Shown: positions 1 to 14,159, counted from the first letter of the stretch. The stretch: DNA of 64,000 nt from Eledone cirrhosa (GCA_964016885.1 OZ024741.1:236468001-236532000), one strand, 5' to 3'. The notes: generated by a model from the sequence alone, not told the origin. Numbers and translations: made by a program.

Positions 1-330
1 AATTCCTGCCAATTCCTTTTCTGTATACAGATCATGGCCATTTTCCTGGTGGGATTAGTCTGCTAAGGATTCAGTTATAAGAACTAGTTCAACTGCATAT
101 AGGAGTTCTCACGAACAGCCAATCTTAAGCTCTTCTGTTATGGCCTGGAAGATATAATAAACAAGAGGTGGAGGGACTGAGGACCGAGCCTTGGTAGGCT
201 TCCACTTGCATGCTAAATTCATAGCTGTACTCATTGTTAAATCTAACTTTGCTGACTCCATCTTTGTACATGGCTTATACAGCCTTCACACACCATTATT
301 CTATCCTAGTTTTGGAAAACCTACCAGATT
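1..330 (-). mobile_element. Decayed RTE-clade LINE fragment (RT domain)
   Basis: Minus strand reads approximately AMYKDGVSKVRFNNEYS..QGSVLSP..ELLYAVELVLITES, colinear with the RTE copy at 23.4-23.65 kb; contains stops and frameshifts. Confidence 0.8.
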
Positions 331-349
331 ACTGAGCAGGGTCGAATAT

Positions 350-812
350 ATATAAATAGAGAATATCATATATAGACAGACCCTATCAATAAATGGGAAA
401 AATCATACATACATAGACAATAATACAATATCACACATAAACAGTAAATATATGAATTTAAAAAAATCATATATTGTCTTATATAAACAAACATTATCAT
501 ATATAAATAGACAATATTGCACATAGACAACTTCATATGTAAGTAGATGCTATTATATAAACAATTATATATAAACAGACATTATTATAAATAAATAGGC
601 AATATAATTTATAAACAGACACTATTATATATATATAGACAATTATTTTTGAATAAACACTATCATATATGAATAGACACTATCATTTATAAACATACAC
701 TATTATATTTAAATAGACACTATTCTATATAAATAAACACTAACATATATAAACAGACAATATCATATTTAAATAGATAATATCATTCATAAACAGACAC
801 TATCATATATAC
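350..812. repeat. Degenerate ~20 bp minisatellite (AAA(T/C)AGACACTATCATATAT)
   Basis: Unit visibly repeated about 20 times with substitutions. Confidence 0.75.
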
Positions 813-1221
813 ATTTTTAAAAAACCATCAATGAATAGACAAGCAGAAAATATCAAGATGAAAATAGCCATTATCATAAAATCACTGACAGACATAAAGA
901 TGAAGAAATGGATACAATATGTTGCATTTAATATAACCCACGACGATAAAAATAATATCAGTAATAAAAAAATACTATAAAATAAACATTACCAATAATA
1001 AATAAATAATAAAAATAAACACTGGGATGAAGAAAAATAAGCATTATCATAAAGTAAACATTATCTATCATAAAATCACATGTAATATTGATAGGAAAAA
1101 ATGAACAAATAAATAACACTTGAAAGGGAAATAAAAATCATTTCGTTTTATTTTTAGAATTTTTATATATATATATTTTTTTAATCCTCCCCGCCTCCCT
1201 TTCTCAATACATACACACATA

Positions 1222-1255
<34 letters not shown>

Positions 1256-1369
1256 AATACACATGTACCAATTAACTGGATAACCACGTGTGTGTGTGTG
1301 TATATATATATATAAATACACATGTACCAATTAACTGGAGAAACGCGCGCGTGTGTGTGTATATATATA

Positions 1370-1461
<92 letters not shown>

Positions 1462-1810
1462 AAAAAATCCTCATGGATTGGTTTATTATTGAACTATATA
1501 AACAGTGAGAAGAGTTCATATGTAGGGTTGAGGTGAAATTGCAGTAGGACTCAGCAGTATTCCAGGCATGGATCATTCATTGAAGACCCGCCTTTCTTGG
1601 CAAGTTAACTGAGCAACATTCCTCACCTGACCCCTCCAGCAATTTTCTTTACAAAATGACAAAATGGTGTCGGCTGGATGGTCGTTTGGTCTCTGATAGA
1701 GAGAAACCTAGTGGCAGCTACACAATAAAAGAAATTAGTTATTATATATGCATATATATATATTTGATAAAGTTTTAATATATATGTGTGTGTACATATA
1801 TATATATATA

Positions 1811-1860
1811 TAATTCCAGGTTTCTGTCACTAACCTGCGTCCATGCTGGGGCAGCACCTT
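1811..1860 (-). mobile_element. Short SINE-tail-like fragment embedded in (TA)n
   Basis: Reverse complement AAGGTGCTGCCCCAGCATGGACGCAGGTTAGTGACAGAAAC resembles a common octopus SINE 3' end (from recall, not searched). Confidence 0.45.
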
Positions 1861-1910
1861 ATATATATATGATATATATATATATGTGATATATATATAT
1901 ATATATATAT

Positions 1911-1979
<69 letters not shown>

Positions 1980-2000
1980 ATATATATATATATATATATA

Positions 2001-2041
<41 letters not shown>

Positions 2042-2171
2042 ATATATATATATGATATATAGATATATATATGATATATAGATATATATATGTGATATAT
2101 ATATATATATATATATTCAGGCGTGTGTATGTATAAATGCAAAAACATTTTTAAAATTTATCTTTTATTTC

Positions 2172-2290
2172 TAAAATAATGCTTTTCAGGAAAATAATTT
2201 GAAAAGAAATTAGAGAGGGTGATTTATAATATATATATATATCACCCTCTCTAATTTCTTTTCAAATTATTTCCCGAAAAAACATTATTT
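2172..2290. repeat. ~50 bp inverted repeat with (TA)n spacer
   Basis: ..ATAATTTGAAAAGAAATTAGAGAGGGTGAT (to 2223) and ATCACCCTCTCTAATTTCTTTTCAAATTAT.. (from 2241). Confidence 0.9.
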
Positions 2291-3409
2291 ATATATATAT
2301 ATGTGTATATGTATATGTATATATATATATATATGTATATATATGTATATATATATATATCGTAATGTATCATCGATTTATAAAATGTTGGATGGAGAGG
2401 TAAAAAACATATACGGAAGGAAAATTACTAAGAGTCGAATATAAAATCCAGTTAATAGAAAAAATAAATTCTGTTCTAAAAATTATAGTTGTTTATTTTT
2501 TATTATTTTGATGGCAAAATTTGATTTATTAGATATTTTTCAACACAGAGTAATTAAATCTAATCTAATAAATTGGATCTGTTTAGGAGAAGCTATCCTG
2601 TGTTTAGTTAATGAATGGAAGGCGTAGGGAAGAGACATTCCTGTAGGCGCCATTCCAAAAAACTACACTTCACGGAAAAATTGTTTGAGTGAATTAGAAT
2701 GTTTTTTATTCGAATAATATGACTAGTTCTTGCAGTTAAATTCAATAATAAAGCAATTAAAAAAAATATGTTAATCGTCGCAAAAAACTCAATATGTTTT
2801 TTAAGACGGACCAGATACGGTGCATGCATAATTATCTCCTCGTGTAAAATAACTGAAGCCCGGACATAATACTCACTGATGAAATTCGTCAGCAAAAAAT
2901 GAAACTAAATTAAGATAACTGTATCTTATAGATCCATTAATATGAGCCAAACATCATATTATTTGAAAACTCAAATTATAGATATATTTACGTTGTATAA
3001 TCCTAGCAAAACATATTATCCGGGATGTTGGAGTAAATCCGAATTATCTCCCTTGCTCTTCCTCCATTATCTTACACTTATGTTTTGAAACACTTTATGT
3101 TTGGTGGAAAAAATTTTTTTTTGCAATAAAGAAAACACTAGTCTGTCTGTCTGTGCGTCACATTATCTCCCTTGCTCAGTGTCGGCTGATTTTTAGACTT
3201 ACTACCAAGCAGATAGCTCCCTGTTATCTTAAAAAATGCCGGTGACAAAGACTGCGGACTTCTCTAACTATACTTATATTAGCATGTAAGTGTGACTTGA
3301 TACTCAGTATCCACCCACCCTACAAGGAGGGGCTTTTTTTTTTTAATATGTAGACATATCTATATATACATACATATATAATGTTTTTTAACTAAAAAAT
3401 CATCCTGAA

Positions 3410-3471
<62 letters not shown>

Positions 3472-3574
3472 ATTATATACAAATATATATATAGAAATAC
3501 ATACATATATATATATAAATATACATATATAAATACATATATATATATATAAATACATATATATATATAAATAC

Positions 3575-3627
<53 letters not shown>

Positions 3628-3928
3628 AATACATATATATATATAAATACATATATATATATATAAATACATATATATATATATATACATATATAAATAC
3701 ATATATATATAAATACATATATATATAAATACATATATATATAAATACATATATATATATATATATATATAAATACATACATATACATATATATCTTTGT
3801 GTATCTCTATATATATGTATTTATATATATATATATATAAATACATACATTATATATATATATAAATACATATATAGAGAGATATACACAAAGATATATA
3901 TGTAAATACATATATTTATATATATACT

Positions 3929-3959
<31 letters not shown>

Positions 3960-4681
3960 ATATATACTTATATATATACATATACTTATATAGATATATA
4001 TATGTATATGTATATATATATGTATATACTTATTTATATATATGTGTATATATATGTATACACAAATATATATATATATATATATGAGGAAAGAGGGGAG
4101 TATATTTTTTGTATACATTTATATATATGCATGTGTATACAAAAAATATAGTCCCCTACTTCATTTAAAACTGTAATTTGCTGGACACTCCCTTAAAAAA
4201 TAATTGTATACATATACATAAATACATGCATTCACACAAATTATTATTATTATTTAAAGTGAAAGGAAAAAATGATTGTCAAATATAATTCAGTTTAGGG
4301 AAGCAGTCTCTCTGCTTGGCCGGTCCGATAGTGAAACAGAAAAAGTTATATAGACACATACACACATTTATATATATATATACACACACATTTATATATA
4401 TATATATACACACACATTTATATATATATATATACACACACATTTATATATATATACATACACACATATATATATATACACACACACACATATATATATA
4501 TACACACACACACACATGTATATATATACACACACACATACATGTATATATATACACACACACATACATGTATATATATACACACACATACATGTATATA
4601 TATACACACACACACATGTATATATATACATACACACATGTATATATATATATATATACACATACACATGTATATATATAT

Positions 4682-4722
<41 letters not shown>

Positions 4723-4850
4723 TATATATATGAAAAGGTTTAAGCTCTGCCGTCGGGGTTAAACCTTTTCCTATTACCCACTCTACTACCCTAAGTATTG
4801 AGTACTCTGGTGCGTTATAGTCTATCTGGTTCCTTACCACACTTCCTTCG

Positions 4851-4888
<38 letters not shown>

Positions 4889-5045
4889 ATGTGTGTTATA
4901 ATTTAAATAAATGAAACAACTCAACTATGATTTCAGGTTATTTTGATAATGGCCCTCTATTTAGAACTAGCACATACACATGTATGTATATATATATGTA
5001 TGTATATATATATGTATGTATATATATATATATATATATATATTG
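3410..5045. repeat. Compound (TA)n, AAATACA(TA)n and (CA)n(TA)n microsatellites
   Basis: Direct reading; higher-order units such as ATAAATAC(AT)n and CACACATGTATATATA. Confidence 0.95.
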
Positions 5046-5439
5046 TCGGTGGTTTTATTTAGATCTAATAGTTTAAAAGAAAACAATTCATAATAATTTA
5101 AATATATTTTTATTTTGTTTTTCTTGCATTATTGAATTGCTCTCATTCATACATACATGTGTATATGCATATTCACACACACACATATGTATATATATAT
5201 ATACACTCATGTACTAGAAAATGGATTTGTTAAAAACACTGAGCCGATGGAGAGAGGTTGACGGGACAGTGACATATAGTGTGTAATCGAAATAGACAGA
5301 TGAATGATTGCGCGTGTATATATATATATATGTATGGAAGATCAATGTGATATATATAAAAGAGGGGGAGGAGAAAAATAAAATGAAAGTGAAAAAGAGA
5401 CGGGTGAGGTAAAAAGATGGCTCAAAGTTTTGTTTCTTG

Positions 5440-5580
5440 ACCAAAGTGACCACATCCGGGCAGTTTGTTTCACCAATGTGATGTCACGGCCACATATATG
5501 ACGTCACTGTGGCCACATTACACCTCTGATCAGTGGCTCACATCACCTCCGGAAGAATAAGAATAACTGACCAATGTACA
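5440..5580. promoter_or_regulatory. Candidate promoter/enhancer (CRE, two CCAAT, ETS)
   Basis: TGACGTCA 5499-5506, CCAAT 5473 and 5571, CCGGAAG 5549-5555, clustered in unique sequence 9 kb upstream of ZNF-A. Confidence 0.4.
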
Positions 5581-7307
5581 CATGCAGAGATTTCTGTCCA
5601 TGTGTGTGTACACACAATATGTGTATACATATATATATAATTTATATATTTCATATAATATATATTATGTATCATATACGATATATAGATATAATGTGTC
5701 TGTGTATGTAGATGTTTTCCGTTTTGTATTATTTGTTTTTCAAGAAAATTAATATGAAATCATGTTGAAACCGTTATTGTACTTTGGGAGGGCCAAACTG
5801 CACAATCACTAAATGTTCAGTGTTATTAATGAATCATAAAATTATTTGAGTAATCATTTAATTAGTTCTTTTGTTACAGATTGTGCCCTATAAATGACCA
5901 TTCCTACACACATATATAGAGAGGGGTGTTACTAACAAGACAATTATTCAACTTAGTACTCCTTAATTTAAAGTGTAGATATTATTTTAAGACATGTTAG
6001 CCCAACGGTCAAGTTTAAATTGCTTCCTACTTTATCATCGGAATGGTTTGAGATTCAGCGTCGGGCTTTACATGTTTTTTTAATAATTATACATATATGT
6101 GTATGCAGGTACGTGTATGCCAGTGGTTGACCCTATCAGCGTGCCTGTCTCTATGTATGTGTATATACATATATATATATACTCATTTATTATATGTGGC
6201 TAAGTGGTGAACCTTATTACTCTGGAGTTTCATTTAGCCACAATAAATGAATATTTAAACTCTACTTCGATATTGAATGGTATTGAGAAAGCCTGTGTGT
6301 TTTATGATTATATACACACGCAGTCCTACGTTGGTCATATTTGATGAATGTTCGACGTATCTGTGGCTGTGTTCTGGTGCTGTTGTATGCCTGCTCTCCA
6401 CCAAAAATAAAAAAAGAAACAAAAACCACCATCAACCACTGCTGTCAGGCCGTCTTGTCACACTGGATCCATCACCGGACACAGACTGGATGTCATGGCT
6501 GCTATACAACAACAGCCCATTACTACTTTAAACTTCTTTCATAGACAGGTTGTCCACCACCTGGTGAACACACACACACATATATATGTAATGTGTGTGT
6601 ATGCATACATACACACATTCCTGTACACCTAAGTTTTAGTAGACTTTAAGATGCTGTGTCGTAAATGAGTGTATGTGTAGGTGTGTGTGTATATATCTAT
6701 GGTTGTCTGTACATGTGTGCCTGCAGCGTGTATGTCTGTATTATACATGTGTATATAGATACGTGTGTGTATGCATGTGTACATGCAGGTGTATGTTTTG
6801 AATCAAAGCAGAAAAATCAATACCGTGACATTACAGTAAATGATCTGCTGTATGAGAGGAAATCGATATTGGTGGCTCCAGGGTGATATCGTCATCAATC
6901 ATCTCATCTCTACATGACTAAAAGCTGATCGGTTGAAACTATTTATCCGTCATACCTGCAACCTTGCCCTCCAAATCTGACAAAAATACATTTTTTTCTT
7001 ACTAAAAAAAACAAAATAAAAATGGACAATCGGGCGCTAAAAGCAGCATACGACTTATCTACCGAACTTTGTTTTGGGCTTCAAATACTGAATAATGAAA
7101 CCAAAATATAAACATAAAAGGACGCGACGTATACATTATATACTGTATATCAAAATAAAATTCGGTTTTTTTTTTTTATTTAAACAATACAGTTAAAAAA
7201 ATCCTCTGGAATGACATAAATTAAACTTATTGTGAATCTAAAGACCCAGTATTCGGTGTCTTATGTACTAGCAATCAGTGGTTCCTAACATTTTCACTAT
7301 ACACGAT

Positions 7308-7680
7308 TATCACCATCAACGTTTAACGTCTATTTCCCAATGTTTTGCATGGGTTAGACAGGTTGTTATGTTCTAGGGCTAGACTGGTCAGGTGACCACG
7401 TCTTGCCTGTACGCCCCGTTTTTTATATGATTTCTTCGGCTGGATGTCCTTCCTAATGCCAACCTCTTGGGGGCATTTTATCATGATACTTCCACCATAT
7501 AATGCAGATTGGGTGCTTTTTGTCGTGACACCAACACTACTATCATACAGAGTGAATTGGGTGCTTTTTCATTGTGACACCAGCACTATCGCCTTACAAT
7601 GTGGGTTGGGTGCTATTTATTGTGCCATCAGCACTACTACTTTACAGAGTGGTCTGGGTACATTGTTTTTGTGGCACTAA
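7308..7680 (-). mobile_element. RTE 3' tail / RTE-related SINE with internal subrepeats
   Basis: CGTTTAACGTC..GCATGGGTTAGAC..GCTGGATG(T)CCTTCCTAA, followed by TTACAG..TGGGTGCTTTTT subrepeats as in other RTE tails. Confidence 0.75.
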
Positions 7681-7829
7681 CAGAACTGGGTTAACCATTA
7701 AGCCATTAAGCTAAATAAGCATTTAAATCCTCAAGGGAAGAGGAGGAACCAGTTTATTCAAATTAATTGTATATGTGTCCCCCCCCCCCCCATTTGTTTT
7801 TGCAGACTTTATATATTGGATGGGTCGGG

Positions 7830-8490
7830 ACCATTCCATGTTTCCACACTACTAGCAAACCATCCATTTATCCAGCTCTACCATGTCTCCACTGTAGGAG
7901 TGATCCATAAGTTCATTCCTATAGCTGTGTCTTGTCTCTGTTCTAGGAGCAATCCATATATTCATTGCTCTAACTTATACTATATCTTTATCCTCAACCA
8001 ATCCAATGATCCATTCCCCTCAACCATGCCATGTCTCCATCTTAGGACTGATCCATAGGTTCATTTTACACAGCTATAATGTTTTCACTTTAGGTGTGAT
8101 TTATACATAGGTAGTCCCCCCCCCCAGCCCCCCAGCTATACCATGTCTCCATCCTAGCGGCAATTCATAATTCCAGTCAATTCCTTTATTCTCCAACAAT
8201 CCAGAGATTCACTCTCCCTAGCTATACCACACTGGGGAGGGGGTGTGTGTCCATAATTCTGCTCACTGCCTCTATCCTCCATTTCCCTAACTTTACCATG
8301 TCCTTACTCTAGGTGTCATCCACAGATCCATTGTTCTAACTATACCATGGCTGCACTCTAGTGGTGATCCATATATCCATTACCTCTGATACCTTGCTCC
8401 CATCCTAGATGTGGTTCATATCCTTTACACCCAGATACCATACCACCACCCTAGGTGTGTCCATCTACATTCTCCCCTGTCACTGCCCTA
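7830..8490. repeat. Degenerate ~45 bp tandem repeat (CTATACCATGTCTCCACTCTAGG..GATCCATA)
   Basis: Motif recurs roughly a dozen times. Confidence 0.6.
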
Positions 8491-8739
8491 GGTATACACT
8501 GTACATTTACACTTCATCATACAGTAGTTTATCATATCGGGGATACAGTTTCACAGCTAGATCAGCTCGATACAGAGGTGATCAAAAATATTTCAGCGAT
8601 GGCCATCTTGTCTTTTATTCAGACATAGTCTATTTAAAGTCCATTATTTAATATTTAGAATTTGATGGAAATTTGCCTATAATATTCAGCAGGTTGAGTG
8701 ATCACATAGATTCCATTTCATTGAATCGTTTTGTCTTTC

Positions 8740-9200
8740 TTGTTGTTGTTGAACTTCAGGCTGGCCATGGTCCCATCAAACTTGGATCAAAGATTTGTTG
8801 TTGTTTTTTAACTTCAAGCCTGCCCTGATTTCATTGAATTCTAGGATCAAATATTGTTGTTGAACTCCAGGTCAAGCCTGATATCATTGAACAAATCTAA
8901 CATCAACAATTGTTGTTGTTGGACTCCAGGTCAGGAATGATCTTATTGAACAGATTTAGGATCAAAGATTGTTGTTGTTAAAATTTAGGTCAATCCTGAT
9001 CTCATTGAACAGATCTAGGATCAAAGATTGTTAAAATTTAGGTCAGTCCCGATCTCGTCAAACAGATCTGAGATCAAAGACATTTTAGCCATGATTATGC
9101 CAGGTACTGCATTGTCCAATGTGACCTTCCCTTTTTAAAATGGTAATGTGTGATTTTAGGGATTTTTGATTACTATTTCTACCATGTAGTAGATTCCTTG
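8740..9200 (+). repeat. Dispersed repeat whose 5' ~55-60 bp is tandemly amplified about 6 times
   Basis: TTGTTGTT..CAGGTCA..CCTGATCTCATTGAACAGATCTAGGATCAAAGA repeats, then runs into the usual body ending ..TACTATTTCTA..; an unamplified relative lies at 47540-47730. Confidence 0.7.
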
Positions 9201-9319
9201 TTGATTTGTGTGCACCAGTTGGTTCTTGTGGCCACAGATAAGATAGGCAAGGTGGACTTGGTCAGAGTATAACAGTTGTTCAGTTCTAATCATTAGCGAT
9301 ATGTGTATGTGTTTGTAGC

Positions 9320-9700
9320 AATGTTCTGGTGTGTGTTTTAGTGTTCTGCAGTATTGTAGTGTTCTGGGGTGTTGTAGTGTTGTGGTGTGTTGTGTTCTGG
9401 GGTGTTGTCGTGTGTTATGGAGGGATGTTATTGTGTGTCAGGGATGTTATTGTAGTAGTGTTCTCTGGTATAGTGTGTTATAGTGGCGTTGTAGTAGTGT
9501 TCTGGTGTGTTTTAATGTTTTGCAGTGTTGTAGTAGTGTTGTGAGGTATTGTAGTAGTATTGTGGTGTGTTGTAGTACTGTTCTGGGGTGTTATTGCAGT
9601 ATTTTGGGATGTTATAGTAATAATTTTGTGTCTGGACTGAGATAGTGTTTTTATGATGGTGTTTTAGTAGTGGTCTAGAATGTTGTAGATTTGTTTGGAT
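9320..9700. repeat. Low-complexity GTTGTAGTAGTGTT repeat
   Basis: Direct reading. Confidence 0.8.
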
Positions 9701-12700
9701 TGAGTATCATGTGTCTAAAACACACATATCTAAGGAAGACAATTTTTGTTTATTAAATTTTAATGTTGATAAATAACATTTCTTTTAATATGTGAGCATC
9801 TTTAATGGAAGAAGCACTAAAGTAATGGCTTTCAGTTAATTAACTGTGCTTCTCCCTCGAATGTGTAATCTTGTGGCAACGTTATAAACCATTATTATGT
9901 TATAGTTTAACCCAAACAAACTGTTTAAAAGGTGAGACATGTTTTTGCCTTATTAGACCTTTTCAGTGAATTATATTTTTTTTCCAGTTGTGCCAAATAA
10001 AAATAGATATTTTTTGTGAATAAACTGACTATTTACTTTTCATGAAGAGCATGCCACAGGGTGTTATTCTCTAGTCCTTCTCTCAGACATAGGAGAACAG
10101 TCAACCCTTTAGTTAAACATAACGTGATGCCATGTCGAGACAATGAATATCTTCTTGTCTATAAAGGTTTATAAAGATATACTGTGAAATGGTGGTGTGA
10201 TTAAAGTATTAGATGACAAGCTAGGTGATTGAGTGCTTTAAATTGCTGCTGATGTGTTGTGTTTCTGGACTTTACTTTTAAGCTACGAGAAATACCTCAA
10301 ACGAACCAGATAGGGTTAAATTTGGATAAATAAGTTAAGGGGTCATCATGTACAGAATGCCATATGCCAAAAATATAGGTTCCTAATTAATTAAATTTTC
10401 TCAGTTGGAGAAAGAAAACAAAAGGCTAGCAACAATTATTAGTGACTCTCAAAGACAAGGGGAGATCATTTCAAGAAGTTAATTTCTTCAAGTTTAAATA
10501 TGCCTAGCTGTACAGGTATCAAGAGTCAGTTGAATTCAGAATGTCCAGAACTGGAACAGATACTGCAAACTATAGGCCACTAGACTGGCACATTATTTAT
10601 CGATCCCAGAAGATGAAAGGCAATGTTGACCTCAGCTTGATATGAACTGAAAGCACAGAAATCCAGAACAAATGCCGATGATTTTATACTGATGCTCAAA
10701 CAACTCTGCTAATTTGTCACCGATAATACTAAAAACCTTTTCTAACATAGATACAAACCCAGGAGGGATTAGTTGATTAAATCGACCCTCATTGATATTT
10801 TATCTTGTCCAGGATGGATGAAAGGTAAAGTTGACCTCTGCAAAATTAGGGCTCAGAATGTAAAGGGACATAAGTAAATAGGCAGTGTGTGTAGAGCTCT
10901 ACTGCTTCTTCCAGCCACTACTATAATAATAATAATTGTATGTAATTATAATAAATATCTCTTCCATATAATAAATATCTCAACTATTTTTTGAATGATT
11001 TCTAACCCTAAGAATATTGCTTAAATATGTGTTTCTGATATAGGCATAAGGTTAGGAATTTTGGGAGAAGGGTAAGTTGATTATATCGATCCCAGCACAT
11101 TACTAGTACATCCTGGAAGGATGAAAGGCATCTGAATATGAAAATTCAGAATGTTAAGAGCCAGTACAAATACTGCTAAGCATTTTACCAGTGCTTTGAC
11201 AATTCACTGCCTTCATATTGCTTAAATAATGGTTTCTAATTTTGGCACAATGGAGGGAAGAGGAAATTGATTATATTAACTCTAGTACTTGACTTATACG
11301 TTATTTTATCAACCACAGTTGGATGAAAGGCAAAGTTGTTCTTGGCAGGATTTGTTCTCAGAGTGTAGAGAACCCCCCAAAATACTGCTAAGTATTTGTT
11401 TGTCATTCTAATGACTCTGCCAATCTGTAATGCTGAATCTAACTCTAACCCATGCTCTATCAATTTACTTTTACCCTAACCCCTAATATCAAACCCCTAA
11501 TCTTAATATTAAAACCTAACCTTAGCTCCCTAACACTAAGGTACCTATAACTCAACATTTTTTTGTTATCTTTTACTGTTTATTCAGGGAGGGAGAAGCA
11601 GTGGCCTTGTTCCTTTTCATGGCTTTCAAAGCAGGTAAAAGGAAAGTAAGAAGGTATCCTCAAACTGGAAACTTGGCCCAAGTGCCTGCAACAAAGTGAA
11701 GTCTGTTAAAGGCACTTAAAGTCCAGATGAGGGTGTTAAACTGAGCGATGAATTAAGTCTACCACCCAAGTAGACTACAGCGGGATTTTAACTTAGAAGG
11801 AAGAGCCAGAGCAAATAACACAAGGCATCATGTCTAGTTCGCTTACAATTCTGTGAATCCACAGCCCTGAACTGATACTTTATCAACCCCAAAAGGATGA
11901 AAGCAAAGTTGACCTCGATGAGATTTGAGCTCAGAGTGTTGAGTACCAGAAGAAATACTATGACATTTTCTCCTGTGCACTAATAACAGCTTTGCTAATT
12001 CGCTACCTCTAAACCTAATCCACATGATGAATATTTCTAAAATTGTCACATGTTGGCACATTTTGAAGGGAAGGTGTAGTTGATTAGATTGACCCCTAGT
12101 AATTAACTGGTATGTTATTTTATTAACCAAGGTTAAGATGCGAACTCAGATATACAAAGGGACATAACCCAAGACTGCAAAATATTTTGTGCCCATCTTG
12201 TTACTAATTCTGTCATCCACTGTCTTGCTATAAGGATCTCTTTGATAACAGAAACAAGGTCATATATTGAGAGAGTATAGTCAGTTACATTAAGCCTTTG
12301 TTACTTGTGAAATCATTCAGTTTGGGGTGTTGAGCTCATAATCGTAAGGTTGTAAATTTAATCTCTAGGCTGGGAAGCACATTGTGTCCTTCGTCAAGGC
12401 ACTTCATTTTGTGTTGCTCCAGACCACTGCTGGGAGTTAAGCTTGCAATGGACTGGTGTTTCATCTCAAAGGAGTTTTGTACTCTCAATCACTTAACTCC
12501 ACAAAACTGAGACAAGCTCCAGGCTGAAGAACCAATGAGCTTGAGATAGACTTTAACTTAAAAAGAACTTGAAGGACACTTATTTCCTGGGAGAACGAGA
12601 AAGTAAATAATCTTAATGTGATTTAAATTCAGAACTCAAAATACGTGCATTGCATATAATACATTCGAGGTTAACTTTGCCTTTCATCCTTACGGGGTCG

Positions 12701-13161
12701 ATAAAATAAAGTACCAGTAATACACTGGGATAATTGCTGGCCTTGTGCCAAAAGTAGAAACAATTATTGATTCTGCACTCTTCCTATTTCTAACATAAAA
12801 TACACACATACAATCACCAATTTTGGAGCAGAGTGTAGTTGATCTAACCTTTTTCTGATCATATTTCTAATGAAATAGGTAGTTAAGATGTTTAGTGTGG
12901 TGGACTGGCAGAATCAGTAGAACATTGGACAACATCTTTTACATGTTCTGGTTCTTTAGGTTTCTGAGTTCAAATCTCACCATGGTCAATTTTGCCTTCC
13001 AAGGTCAATAAAATAAAGTACTAGTTAAGTACTAGAGTTGATATAATAAATGGTTTCTTCCCATCAAAACTTATGCCCTTGTGCTTATATTAGAAATTTT
13101 TTAGATTGATGTTTGATACAACAAAATATTCTTATATAAAATTATGATGAAAGGTTTTAGT

Positions 13162-13383
13162 CTAACCCTTTTATTACCACAAGGTACTTATATCAAATTA
13201 TATTGGAAGATTTAAATTTAAATAGAAACCCTTTAAAATGGGTGGCTTTTTTTATAGAACCAAAGGTAATTTTGGGTGGGTTGTTGGCACATCAAAAAGG
13301 TTAAATAGAAACATTTTGGAATTGCCAGTTTTGTATCATAGAAACAGGACGGGTCACAAGCAGATTGGAATCAAAGGGGTTAA
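13162..13383. mobile_element. TAACCCTTTT..AAGGGGTTAA MITE (TTAA-type ends)
   Basis: Imperfect terminal inverted repeats; relatives near 48835-49090 and 57840-58470. Confidence 0.45.
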
Positions 13384-14159
13384 TCAATCCAGTTAAAATT
13401 AAAAGTTTGTCTTGAGTCTAGAGGCTCATCAGGTTGGAGTTTATCCTGGTTTCATGTGGTTTTAAGTGACTCAGTGTACTAGACTCCCTCCTGGATGGGA
13501 CACCAGTCCATTGTAAAGTTAATTCATAGCTGCTGCTCCTGATTCTTAATATATTTTAGCTGTTAGGCCTGGAGTAACATGAATAGGCACAAGGTTACAA
13601 ATTTAGTAGATGAGTACATTTGATTATATTAATTAGTCCTAGTACTTGTCATGTATTCTATTTTATCAACCTCCTCCCTGAAGAAGTACAGGCAAAGTTA
13701 AATTTGGCACAATAAGAATGTAAGTGGTAGAACAAACAGGGCAACATATTTTGTCTGACACTGTAATGATTCCGCAAATCCACCACACCACTTCTCAGCT
13801 TTTTGGCTAAAATCAAATAAAATTTGTTGCTCCCCTGAATAATAATAATAATAATGGCCAACAATTTTGGGCGAGGGGAAAGTTAATTAAATCAACCACA
13901 GTACGTTACTGGTACTTTATTTTATCGACCCCGTAAGGATGAAAGGCAAAACTGACCTCGGTGGGATTTGATCTTAGAACGTAAAGGGCCATAACTCTAT
14001 GTCACAAAGCATATTGTTTGATGCTCTAACGATACTACCAATCCACATGATTGCTAATTTTGGGAAGAAGAGAATGTTGTTATATCAACCCAAGTACTTG
14101 AGTGGTACTTTATTTTATCTAGGATCAAAGGCAAAGTTGATCTCAGCAGGATTTGAACT

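Larger units (their letters stand above)
1165..2360. repeat. (TA)n/(TG)n microsatellite block
   Basis: Long TA runs, partly (TA)nGA; source of the YI-repeat pseudo-ORFs. Confidence 0.95.

Noticed and set aside
1068-4924. Many YI/HT/CV-repeat ORFs
   Set aside because: Translations of (TA)n/(CA)n microsatellites.
11440-11535. Interstitial telomeric repeat (CCCTAA-like)
   Set aside because: Only a few scattered, degenerate units.
11588-11634. Micro-exon (TTCAG|GG..CAG|GTAAAA)
   Set aside because: Splice-like signals alone are weak, and the adjoining sequence resembles a dispersed repeat also seen near 19915-19990.
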